Origin: Macrostomum hystrix
Taxonomy: Eukaryota; Animalia; Platyhelminthes
NCBI GenBank assembly: GCA_950097015.1
Contig: CATNEN010000014.1
Span: 1,364,001-1,428,000 of the forward strand
Length of the DNA: 64,000 nucleotides
Direction of reading: 5' to 3'
The notes below the pieces were generated by a model. The model did no database searches. It worked only from the letters and a program-made list of their open reading frames with translations, and was not told where the DNA came from. This document shows, one piece after another, positions 26,025-38,921 of the stretch; the stretch's first letter is position 1; every line of letters starts with the position of its first letter. Both the position numbers and the translations under genes were made by a program.

Positions 26025-26385
26025 ATAAATGTAAACGTGAGTGAGGCTGTGAATGTAAGTAAGGCTGTGAATGTGAGTGAGGCTGCAAATGTAAGTGAGG
26101 CTGTGAATGTGAGTGAGGCTGTGAATGTGACTGAGGCTGTGAATGTGAGTGAGGCTGTAAATGTAAGTGAGGCTGTGAATGTGAGTGAGGCTGTGAATGT
26201 GAGTGAGGCTGTAAATGTGAGTGAGGCTGTGAATGTGAGTGAGGCTATAAATGTGAGTGAGGCTGTGAATGTGAGTAAGGCTGTGTATGTAAGTGAGGCT
26301 GCGAATGTGAGTGGAACTGTGAATGTGAGTGAGGCTGTGAATAAAGTTGTGAGTGTGAATAAGGCTGTGAATGAGGCTGTGAATG
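26025..26385. repeat. 18-bp minisatellite
   Basis: Unit gtgagtgaggctgtgaat; also present degenerately in each spacer of the following array. Confidence 0.9.
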
Positions 26386-29300
26386 ATTTCACAGCGCTTA
26401 AGATTTGCAGCATGTCTGTGTCATTTTGAATAGCTGTATATCCCTCCCATTGTGTGTCACTTCTTTGTTATCCATTGCTTACTGTATATTGACAGCAGCG
26501 GATCTCACAGTGTTTATGATTTGCAGCATGTCTGTGTCATTTTGAATAGCTGTATATCCCTCCCATTGTGTGTCACTTCTGTGTTATCCATTGCTTACTG
26601 TATATTGACAGCAGCGGATCTCACAGTGTTTATGATTTGCAGCATGTCTGTGTCATTTTGAATAGCTGTATATCCCTCCCATTGTGTGTCACTTCTGTGT
26701 TATCCATTGCTTACTGTATATTGACAGCAGCGGATCTCACAGTGTTTATGATTTGCAGCATGTCTGTGTCATTTTGAATAGCTGTATATCCCTCCCATTG
26801 TGTGTCACTTCTGTGTTATCCACTGCGTACTGTATATTGACAGCAGCGGATCTCACAGTGTTTATGATTTGCAGCATGTCTGTGTCATTTTGAATAGCTG
26901 TATATCTCTCCCATTGTGTGTCACTTCTGTGTTATCCACTGCTCACTGTATATTGACAGCAGCGGATCTCACAGTGTTTATGATTTGCAGCATGTCTGTG
27001 TCATTTTGAATAGCTGTATATCTCTCCCATTGTGTGTCACTTCTTTGTTATCCACTGCGTACTGTATATTGACAGCAGCGGATCTCACAGTGTTTATGAT
27101 TTGCAGCATGTCTGTGTCATTTTGAATAGCTGTATATCTCTCCCATTGTGTGTCACTTCTGTGTTATCCACTGCTTACTGTATATTGACAGCAGCGGATC
27201 TCACAGTGTTTATGATTTGCAGCATGTCTGTGTCATTTTGAATAGCTGTATATCCCTCCCATTGTGTGTCACTTCTGTGTTATCCACTGCGTACTGTATA
27301 TTGACAGCAGCGGATCTTACAGTGTTTATGATTTGCAGCATGTCTGTGTCATTTTGAATAGCTGTATATCTCTCCCATTATGTGTCACTTCTGTGTTATC
27401 CACTGCGTACTGTATATTGACAGCAGCGGATCTCACAGTGTTTATGATTTGCAGCATGTCTGTGTCATTTTGAATAGCTGTATATCCCTCCCATTGTGTG
27501 TCACTTCTGTGTTATCCACTGCGTACTGTATATTGACAGCAGCGGATCTCACAGTGTTTATGATTTGCAGCATGTCTGTGTCATTTTGAATAGCTGTATA
27601 TCTCTCCCATTGTGTGTCACTTCTGTGTTATCCACTGCGTACTGTATATTGACAGCAGCGGATCTCAAGGGCTACTCAATGAATTAAAAATGCAGAAAAA
27701 CTGAGTATTCGAAACCCAAACTAGATCAGTGAGTCTGGCTGTGAATGAGGTACTGAATGAGGCAGTGAATGTGAATGAGGCTGTGAATTAGATCGGGTGA
27801 GCTAGCTTTAAAGCAAGTTATGCCTTGCTTTACTTGAACCAGGTAATTGTCATGATTGCGCAATAATCCCCTTTTTGTGTTAGTGTTTTATTTTTAATAG
27901 GAACGCAGTTCTGGGGTAAGTAATACTCAATCTGTTTTTGGTCCTTATCTGTTGGAGGTGTGATTGACAGTTTTGCATGCAGTCATGAAGCTACACTGTT
28001 CATTATTGACACCAGGTTGATATAAACGTATCTTTTTTTGACTACAATACTTACATTAACAATACCAATATTCTTGCGCAATGCCGTTAGCACCCCCAGT
28101 TTTAGGCCTCTCCAACTGTTGCGAAATGTCGAAAAAATCGAGCTTCTGTTTCGGTCTCAAGGTTTGTGCTGTGCACGAGGTTGTAAATGTGGCTATGAAT
28201 GTTAGTGAAGATGTGAATGAGGCTGTGAATGTGAGTAAGGCTGTGAATGTAAGTGAGGCTGCGAATGTGAGTGGGGCTGTGAATGTGAGTGAGGCTGTGA
28301 ATAAAGTTGTGAGTGTGAATAAGGCTGTGAATGAGGCTGTGAATGATTTCACAGCGCTTAAGATTTGCAGCATGTCTGTGTCATTTTGAATAGCTGTATA
28401 TCCCTCCCATTGTGTGTCACTTCTGTGTTATCCACTGCGTACTGTATATTGACAGCAACGGATCTCACAGTGTTTATGATTTGCAGCATGTCTGTGTCAT
28501 TTTGAATAGCTGTATATCCCTCCCATTGTGTGTCACTTCTTTGTTATCCACTGCGTACTGTATATTGACAGCAGCGGATCTCACAGTGTTTATGATTTGC
28601 AGCATGTCTGTGTCATTTTGAATAGCTGTATATCCCTCCCATTGAGTGTCACTTCTTTGTTATCCACTGCTCACTGTATATTGACAGCAGCGGATCTTAC
28701 AGTGTTTATGATTTGCAGCATGTCTGTGTCATTTTGAATAGCTGTATATCTCTCCCATTGTGTGTCACTTCTGTGTTATCCACTGCGTACTGTATATTGA
28801 CAGCAGCGGATCTCACAGTGTTTATGATTTGCAGCATGTCTGTGTCATTTTGAATAGCTGTATATCCCTCCCATTGTGTGTCACTTCTGTGTTATCCACT
28901 GCGTACTGTATATTGACAGCAGCGGATCTCACAGTGTTTATGATTTGCAGCATGTCTGTGTCATTTTGAATAGCTGTATATCTCTCCCATTGTGTGTCAC
29001 TTCTGTGTTATCCACTGCGTACTGTATATTGACAGCAGCGGATCTCAAGGGCTACTCAATGAATTAAAAATGCAGAAAAACTGAGTATTCGAAACCCAAA
29101 CTAGATCAGTGAGTCTGGCTGTGAATGAGGTACTGAATGAGGCAGTGAATGTGAATGAGGCTGTGAATTAGATCGGGTGAGCTAGCTTTAAAGCAAGTTA
29201 TGCCTTGCTTGACTTGAACCAGGTAATTGTCATGATTGCGCAATAATCCCCTTTTTGTGTTAGTGTTTTATTTTTAATAGGAACGCAGTTCTGGGGTAAG

Positions 29301-32300
29301 TAATACTCAATCTGTTTTTGGTCCTTATCTGTTGGAGGTGTGATTGACAGTTTTGCATGCAGTCATGAAGCTACACTGTTCATTATTGACACCAGGTTGA
29401 TATAAACGTATCTTTTTTTGACTACAATACTTACATTAACAATACCAATATTCTTGCGCAATGCCGTTAGCACCCCCAGTTTTAGGCCTCTCCAACTGTT
29501 GCGAAATGTCGAAAAAATCGAGCTTCTGTTTCGGTCTCAAGGTTTGTGCTGTGCACGAGGTTGTAAATGTGGCTATGAATGTTAGTGAAGATGTGAATGA
29601 GGCTGTGAATGTGAGTAAGGCTGTGAATGTAAGTGAGGCTGCGAATGTGAGTGGGGCTGTGAATGTGAGTGAGGCTGTGAATAAAGTTGTGAGTGTGAAT
29701 AAGGCTGTGAATGAGGCTGTGAATGATTTCACAGCGCTTAAGATTTGCAGCATGTCTGTGTCATTTTGAATAGCTGTATATCCCTCCCATTGTGTGTCAC
29801 TTCTGTGTTATCCATTGCTTACTGTATATTGACAGCAGCGGATCTCACAGTGTTTATGATTTGCAGCATGTCTGTGTCATTTTGAATAGCTGTATATCCC
29901 TCCCATTGTGTGTCACTTCTGTGTTATCCACTGCGTACTGTATATTGACAGCAGCGGATCTCACAGTGTTTATGATTTGCAGCATGTCTGTGTCATTTTG
30001 AATAGCTGTATATCCCTCCCATTGTGTGTCACTTCTGTGTTATCCACTGCGTACTGTATATTGACAGCAGCGGATCTCACAGTGTTTATGATTTGCAGCA
30101 TGTCTGTGTCATTTTGAATAGCTGTATATCCCTCCCATTGTGTGTCACTTCTGTGTTATCCACTGCGTACTGTATATTGACAGCAGCGGATCTCACAGTG
30201 TTTATGATTTGCAGCATGTCTGTGTCATTTTGAATAGCTGTATATCCCTCCCATTGTGTGTCACTTCTGTGTTATCCATTGCTTACTGTATATTGACAGC
30301 AGCGGATCTCACAGTGTTTATGATTTGCAGCATGTCTGTGTCATTTTGAATAGCTGTATATCCCTCCCATTGTGTGTCACTTCTGTGTTATCCACTGCGT
30401 ACTGTATATTGACAGCAGCGGATCTCACAGTGTTTATGATTTGCAGCATGTCTGTGTCATTTTGAATAGCTGTATATCCCTCCCATTGTGTGTCACTTCT
30501 GTGTTATCCACTGCGCACTGTATATTGACAGCAGCGGATCTCACAGTGTTTATGATTTGCAGCATGTCTGTGTCATTTTGAATAGCTGTATATCTCTCCC
30601 ATTGTGTGTCACTTCTGTGTTATCCACTGCGTACTGTATATTGACAGCAGCGGATCTCAAGGGCTACTCAATGAATTAAAAATGCAGAAAAACTGAGTAT
30701 TCGAAACCCAAACTAGATCAGTGAGTCTGGCTGTGAATGAGGTACTGAATGAGGCAGTGAATGTGAATGAGGCTGTGAATTAGATCGGGTGAGCTAGCTT
30801 TAAAGCAAGTTATGCCTTGCTTGACTTGAACCAGGTAATTGTCATGATTGCGCAATAATCCCCTTTTTGTGTTAGTGTTTTATTTTTAATAGGAACGCAG
30901 TTCTGGGGTAAGTAATACTCAATCTGTTTTTGGTCCTTATCTGTTGGAGGTGTGATTGACAGTTTTGCATGCAGTCATGAAGCTACACTGTTCATTATTG
31001 ACACCAGGTTGATATAAACGTATCTTTTTTTGACTACAATACTTACATTAACAATACCAATATTCTTGCGCAATGCCGTTAGCACCCCCAGTTTTAGGCC
31101 TCTCCAACTGTTGCGAAATGTCGAAAAAATCGAGCTTCTGTTTCGGTCTCAAGGTTTGTGCTGTGCACGAGGTTGTAAATGTGGCTATGAATGTTAGTGA
31201 AGATGTGAATGAGGCTGTGAATGTGAGTAAGGCTGTGAATGTAAGTGAGGCTGCGAATGTGAGTGGGGCTGTGAATGTGAGTGAGGCTGTGAATAAAGTT
31301 GTGAGTGTGAATAAGGCTGTGAATGAGGCTGTGAATGATTTCACAGCGCTTAAAATTTGCAGCATGTCTGTGTCATTTTGAATAGCTGTATATCCCTCCC
31401 ATTGTGTGTCACTTCTGTGTTATCCACTGCGTACTGTATATTGACAGCAACGGATCTCACTGTGTTTATGATTTGCAGCATGTCTGTGTCATTTTGAATA
31501 GCTGTATATCCCTCCCATTGTGTGTCACTTCTTTGTTATCCACTGCGTACTGTATATTGACAGCAGCGGATCTCACAGTGTTTATGATTTGCAGCATGTC
31601 TGTGTCATTTTGAATAGCTGTATATCCCTCCCATTGAGTGTCACTTCTTTGTTATCCACTGCTCACTGTATATTGACAGCAGCGGATCTTACAGTGTTTA
31701 TGATTTGCAGCATGTCTGTGTCATTTTGAATAGCTGTATATCTCTCCCATTGTGTGTCACTTCTGTGTTATCCACTGCGTACTGTATATTGACAGCAGCG
31801 GATCTCACAGTGTTTATGATTTGCAGCATGTCTGTGTCATTTTGAATAGCTGTATATCCCTCCCATTGTGTGTCACTTCTGTGTTATCCACTGCGTACTG
31901 TATATTGACAGCAGCGGATCTCACAGTGTTTATGATTTGCAGCATGTCTGTGTCATTTTGAATAGCTGTATATCTCTCCCATTGTGTGTCACTTCTGTGT
32001 TATCCACTGCGTACTGTATATTGACAGCAGCGGATCTCAAGGGCTACTCAATGAATTAAAAATGCAGAAAAACTGAGTATTCGAAACCCAAACTAGATCA
32101 GTGAGTCTGGCTGTGAATGAGGTACTGAATGAGGCAGTGAATGTGAATGAGGCTGTGAATTAGATCGGGTGAGCTAGCTTTAAAGCAAGTTATGCCTTGC
32201 TTGACTTGAACCAGGTAATTGTCATGATTGCGCAATAATCCCCTTTTTGTGTTAGTGTTTTATTTTTAATAGGAACGCAGTTCTGGGGTAAGTAATACTC

Positions 32301-35300
32301 AATCTGTTTTTGGTCCTTATCTGTTGGAGGTGTGATTGACAGTTTTGCATGCAGTCATGAAGCTACACTGTTCATTATTGACACCAGGTTGATATAAACG
32401 TATCTTTTTTTGACTACAATACTTACATTAACAATACCAATATTCTTGCGCAATGCCGTTAGCACCCCCAGTTTTAGGCCTCTCCAACTGTTGCGAAATG
32501 TCGAAAAAATCGAGCTTCTGTTTCGGTCTCAAGGTTTGTGCTGTGCACGAGGTTGTAAATGTGGCTATGAATGTTAGTGAAGATGTGAATGAGGCTGTGA
32601 ATGTGAGTAAGGCTGTGAATGTAAGTGAGGCTGCGAATGTGAGTGGGGCTGTGAATGTGAGTGAGGCTGTGAATAAAGTTGTGAGTGTGAATAAGGCTGT
32701 GAATGAGGCTCTGAATGATTTCACAGCGCTTAAGATTTGCAGCATGTCTGTGTCATTTTGAATAGCTGTATATCCCTCCCATTGTGTGTCACTTCTGTGT
32801 TATCCACTGCGTACTGTATATTGACAGCAGCGGATCTCACAGTGTTTATGATTTGCAGCATGTCTGTGTCATTTTGAATAGCTGTATATCCCTCCCATTG
32901 AGTGTCACTTCTTTGTTATCCACTGCTCACTGTATATTGACAGCAGCGGATCTCACAGTGTTTATGATTTGCAGCATGTCTGTGTCATTTTGAATAGCTG
33001 TATATCCCTCCCATTGTGTGTCACTTCTGTGTTATCCACTGCGTACTGTATATTGACAGCAGCGGATCTCACAGTGTTTATGATTTGCAGCATGTCTGTG
33101 TCATTTTGAATAGCTGTATATCCCTCCCATTGTGTGTCACTTCTGTGTTATCCACTGCGTACTGTATATTGACAGCAGCGGATCTCACAGTGTTTATGAT
33201 TTGCAGCATGTCTGTGTCATTTTGAATAGCTGTATATCCCTCCCATTGTGTGTCACTTCTGTGTTATCCATTGCTTACTGTATATTGACAGCAGCGGATC
33301 TCACAGTGTTTATGATTTGCAGCATGTCTGTGTCATTTTGAATAGCTGTATATCCCTCCCATTGTGTGTCACTTCTGTGTTATCCACTGCGTACTGTATA
33401 TTGACAGCAGCGGATCTCACAGTGTTTATGATTTGCAGCATGTCTGTGTCATTTTGAATAGCTGTATATCCCTCCCATTGTGTGTCACTTCTGTGTTATC
33501 CACTGCGCACTGTATATTGACAGCAGCGGATCTCACAGTGTTTATGATTTGCAGCATGTCTGTGTCATTTTGAATAGCTGTATATCTCTCCCATTGTGTG
33601 TCACTTCTGTGTTATCCACTGCGTACTGTATATTGACAGCAGCGGATCTCAAGGGCTACTCAATGAATTAAAAATGCAGAAAAACTGAGTATTCGAAACC
33701 CAAACTAGATCAGTGAGTCTGGCTGTGAATGAGGTACTGAATGAGGCAGTGAATGTGAATGAGGCTGTGAATTAGATCGGGTGAGCTAGCTTTAAAGCAA
33801 GTTATGCCTTGCTTGACTTGAACCAGGTAATTGTCATGATTGCGCAATAATCCCCTTTTTGTGTTAGTGTTTTATTTTTAATAGGAACGCAGTTCTGGGG
33901 TAAGTAATACTCAATCTGTTTTTGGTCCTTATCTGTTGGAGGTGTGATTGACAGTTTTGCATGCAGTCATGAAGCTACACTGTTCATTATTGACACCAGG
34001 TTGATATAAACGTATCTTTTTTTGACTACAATACTTACATTAACAATACCAATATTCTTGCGCAATGCCGTTAGCACCCCCAGTTTTAGGCCTCTCCAAC
34101 TGTTGCGAAATGTCGAAAAAATCGAGCTTCTGTTTCGGTCTCAAGGTTTGTGCTGTGCACGAGGTTGTAAATGTGGCTATGAATGTTAGTGAAGATGTGA
34201 ATGAGGCTGTGAATGTGAGTAAGGCTGTGAATGTAAGTGAGGCTGCGAATGTGAGTGGGGCTGTGAATGTGAGTGAGGCTGTGAATAAAGTTGTGAGTGT
34301 GAATAAGGCTGTGAATGAGGCTGTGAATGATTTCACAGCGCTTAAGATTTGCAGCATGTCTGTGTCATTTTGAATAGCTGTATATCCCTCCCATTGTGTG
34401 TCACTTCTGTGTTATCCACTGCGTACTGTATATTGACAGCAACGGATCTCACAGTGTTTATGATTTGCAGCATGTCTGTGTCATTTTGAATAGCTGTATA
34501 TCTCTCCCATTGTGTGTCACTTCTGTGTTATCCACTGCTTACTGTATATTGACAGCAGCGGATCTCACAGTGTTTATGATTTGCAGCATGTCTGTGTCAT
34601 TTTGAATAGCTGTATATCCCTCCCATTGTGTGTCACTTCTGTGTTATCCATTGCTTACTGTATATTGACAGCAGCGGATCTCACAGTGTTTATGATTTGC
34701 AGCATGTCTGTGTCATTTTGAATAGCTGTATATCCCTCCCATTGTGTGTCACTTCTGTGTTATCCACTGCGTACTGTATATTGACAGCAGCGGATCTCAA
34801 GGGCTACTCAATGAATTAAAAATGCAGAAAAACTGAGTATTCGAAACCCAAACTAGATCAGTGAGTCTGGCTGTGAATGAGGTACTGAATGAGGCAGTGA
34901 ATGTGAATGAGGCTGTGAATTAGATCGGGTGAGCTAGCTTTAAAGCAAGTTATGCCTTGCTTGACTTGAACCAGGTAATTGTCATGATTGCGCAATAATC
35001 CCCTTTTTGTGTTAGTGTTTTATTTTTAATAGGAACGCAGTTCTGGGGCAAGTAATACTCAATCTGTTTTTGGTCCTTATCTGTTGGAGGTGTGATTGAC
35101 AGTTTTGCATGCAGTCATGAAGCTACACTGTTCATTATTGACACCAGGTTGATATAAACGTATCTTTTTTTGACTACAATACTTACATTAACAATACCAA
35201 TATTCTTGCGCAATGCCGTTAGCACCCCCAGTTTTAGGCCTCTCCAACTGTTGCGAAATGTCGAAAAAATCGAGCTTCTGTTTCGGTCTCAAGGTTTGTG

Positions 35301-38300
35301 CTGTGCACGAGGTTGTAAATGTGGCTATGAATGTTAGTGAAGATGTGAATGAGGCTGTGAATGTGAGTAAGGCTGTGAATGTAAGTGAGGCTGCGAATGT
35401 GAGTGGGGCTGTGAATGTGAGTGAGGCTGTGAATAAAGTTGTGAGTGTGAATAAGGCTGTGAATGAGGCTGTGAATGATTTCACAGCGCTTAAGATTTGC
35501 AGCATGTCTGTGTCATTTTGAATAGCTGTATATCCCTCCCATTGTGTGTCACTTCTGTGTTATCCACTGCGTACTGTATATTGACAGCAGCGGATCTCAC
35601 AGTGTTTATGATTTGCAGCATGTCTGTGTCATTTTGAATAGCTGTATATCCCTCCCATTGTGTGTCACTTCTTTGTTATCCACTGCGTACTGTATATTGA
35701 CAGCAGCGGATCTCACAGTGTTTATGATTTGCAGCATGTCCGTGTCATTTTGAATAGCTGTATATCCCTCCCATTGTGTGTCACTTCTGTGTTATCCACT
35801 GCGTACTGTATATTGACAGCAGCGGATCTCACAGTGTTTATGATTTGCAGCATGTCTGTGTCATTTTGAATAGCTGTATATTCCTCCCATTGTGTGTCAC
35901 TTCTGTGTTATCCATTGCTTACTGTATATTGACAGCAGCGGATCTCACAGTGTTTATGATTTGCAGCATGTCTGTGTCATTTTGAATAGCTGTATACCCC
36001 TCCCATTGTGTGTCACTTCTGTGTTATCCATTGCTTACTGTATATTGACAGCAGCGGATCTCACAGTGTTTATGATTTGCAGCATGTCTGTGTCATTTTG
36101 AATAGCTGTATATCTCTCCCATTGTGTGTCACTTCTGTGTTATCCACTGCGTACTGTATATTGACTGCAGCGGATCTCACAGTGTTTATGATTTGCAGCA
36201 TGTCTGTGTCATTTTGAATAGCTGTATATCCCTCCCATTGTGTGTCACTTCTGTGTTATCCACTGCGTACTGTATATTGACAGCAGCGGATCTCACAGTG
36301 TTTATGATTTGCAGCATGTCTGTGTCATTTTGAATAGCTGTATATCCCTCCCATTGTGTGTCACTTCTTTGTTATCCACTGCGTACTGTATATTGACAGC
36401 AGCGGATCTCACAGTGTTTATGATTTGCAGCATGTCTGTGTCATTTTGAATAGCTGCATATCCCTCCCATTGTGTGTCACTTCTGTGTTATCCACTGCGT
36501 ACTGTATATTGACAGCAGCGGATCTCACAGTGTTTATGATTTGCAGCATGTCTGTGTCATTTTGAATAGCTGCATATCCCTCCCATTGTGTGTCACTTCT
36601 GTGTTATCCACTGCGTACTGTATATTGACAGCAGCGGATCTCACAGTGTTTATGATTTGCAGCATGTCTGTGTCATTTTGAATAGCTGCATATCCCTCCC
36701 ATTGTGTGTCACTTCTGTGTTATCCACTGCGTACTGTATATTGACAGCAGCGGATCTCACAGTGTTTATGATTTGCAGCATGTCTGTGTCATTTTGAATA
36801 GCTGTATATCCCTCCCATTGTGAGTCACTTCTGTGTTATCCACTGCGTACTGTATATTGACTGCAGCGGATCTCACAGTGTTTATGATTTGCAGCATGTC
36901 TGTGTCATTTTGAATAGCTGTATATCCCTCCCATTGTGTGTCACTTCTTTGTTATCCACTGCTCACTGTATATTGACAGCAGCGGATCTCACAGTGTTTA
37001 TGATTTGCAGCATGTCTGTGTCATTTTGAATAGCTGTATATCTCTCCCATTGTGTGTCACTTCTGTGTTATCCACTGCGTACTGTATATTGACAGCAGCG
37101 GATCTCAAGGGCTACTCAATGAATTAAAAATGCAGAAAAACTGAGTATTCGAAACCCAAACTAGATCAGTGAGTCTGGCTGTGAATGAGGTACTGAATGA
37201 GGCAGTGAATGTGAATGAGGCTGTGAATTAGATCGGGTGAGCTAGCTTTAAAGCAAGTTATGCCTTGCTTGACTTGAACCAGGTAATTGTCATGATTGCG
37301 CAATAATCCCCTTTTTGTGTTAGTGTTTTATTTTTAATAGGAACGCAGTTCTGGGGTAAGTAATACTCAATCTGTTTTTGGTCCTTATCTGTTGGAGGTG
37401 TGATTGACAGTTTTGCATGCAGTCATGAAGCTACACTGTTCATTATTGACACCAGGTTGATATAAACGTATCTTTTTTTGACTACAATACTTACATTAAC
37501 AATACCAATATTCTTGCGCAATGCCGTTAGCACCCCCAGTTTTAGGCCTCTCCAACTGTTGCGAAATGTCGAAAAAATCGAGCTTCTGTTTCGGTCTCAA
37601 GGTTTGTGCTGTGCACGAGGTTGTAAATGTGGCTATGAATGTTAGTGAAGATGTGAATGAGGCTGTGAATGTGAGTAAGGCTGTGAATGTAAGTGAGGCT
37701 GCGAATGTGAGTGGGGCTGTGAATGTGAGTGAGGCTGTGAATAAAGTTGTGAGTGTGAATAAGGCTGTGAATGAGGCTGTGAATGATTTCACAGCGCTTA
37801 AGATTTGCAGCATGTCTGTGTCATTTTGAATAGCTGTATATCCCTCCCATTGTGTGTCACTTCTGTGTTATCCACTGCGTACTGTATATTGACAGCAGCG
37901 GATCTCACAGTGTTTATGATTTGCAGCATGTCTGTGTCATTTTGAATAGCTGTATATCCCTCCCATTGTGTGTCACTTCTTTGTTATCCACTGCGTACTG
38001 TATATTGACAGCAGCGGATCTCACAGTGTTTATGATTTGCAGCATGTCTGTGTCATTTTGAATAGCTGTATATCCCTCCCATTGAGTGTCACTTCTTTGT
38101 TATCCACTGCTCACTGTATATTGACAGCAGCGGATCTCACAGTGTTTATGATTTGCAGCATGTCTGTGTCATTTTGAATAGCTGTATATCCCTCCCATTG
38201 TGTGTCACTTCTTTGTTATCCACTGCGTACTGTATATTGACAGCAGCGGATCTCACAGTGTTTATGATTTGCAGCATGTCTGTGTCATTTTGAATAGCTG

Positions 38301-38600
38301 TATATCCCTCCCATTGTGTGTCACTTCTGTGTTATCCACTGCGTACTGTATATTGACAGCAGCGGATCTCACAGTGTTTATGATTTGCAGCATGTCTGTG
38401 TCATTTTGAATAGCTGTATATCTCTCCCATTGTGTGTCACTTCTGTGTTATCCACTGCTCACTGTATATTGACAGCAGCGGATCTCAAGGGCTACGCAAT
38501 AAAAAAAATGCAGAAATAACTGAGTATTCGAAACCCAAACTAGATCAGTGAGTCTGGCTGTGAATGAGGCAGTGAATCAGGCTGCAGTGAATGTGAGTGA
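26386..38600. repeat. Higher-order satellite: blocks of 116-bp monomers separated by a 684-bp spacer
   Basis: ORF starts recur every 116 bp. Spacer landmarks at 28081, 29461, 31073, 32453, 34065, 35213 and 37521 give periods 1380, 1612, 1380, 1612, 1148 and 2308 = 684 + n x 116. Confidence 0.97.
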
Positions 38601-38921
38601 GGCACATTGTACCTAATCTATGTTTCATACTCGTTGATGCACATCTTTCATTTTGAAATAAAGTAATATGCTGTAAAAATGAGTCACTACTGAAATGAGA
38701 CAGTCCACCCCTTTTGAGTCTAAAAGCATAATGGGTTTGACACGTTCCATGAATGTTAAATTATTTTGACAACCCCATTCCGAACCAATAAAAATTAGAG
38801 TGAACATTACTTGTTGATGTCAAACTGCCACTTCATATAAAATGGGACTTCAACTGGCTTTTCAAAAAGCCAGATTTCTAATTCTCAATTAATTTCATTT
38901 TTTCTATATATAATAATTCAA

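Noticed and set aside
26386-38487. CRISPR-like array, or dozens of 69-aa Cys-rich ORFs (MCHFCVIHC...)
   Set aside because: Monomers are near-identical over their full length with no unique spacers and no cas genes, in a eukaryotic context. The ORFs are by-products of the 116-bp period.
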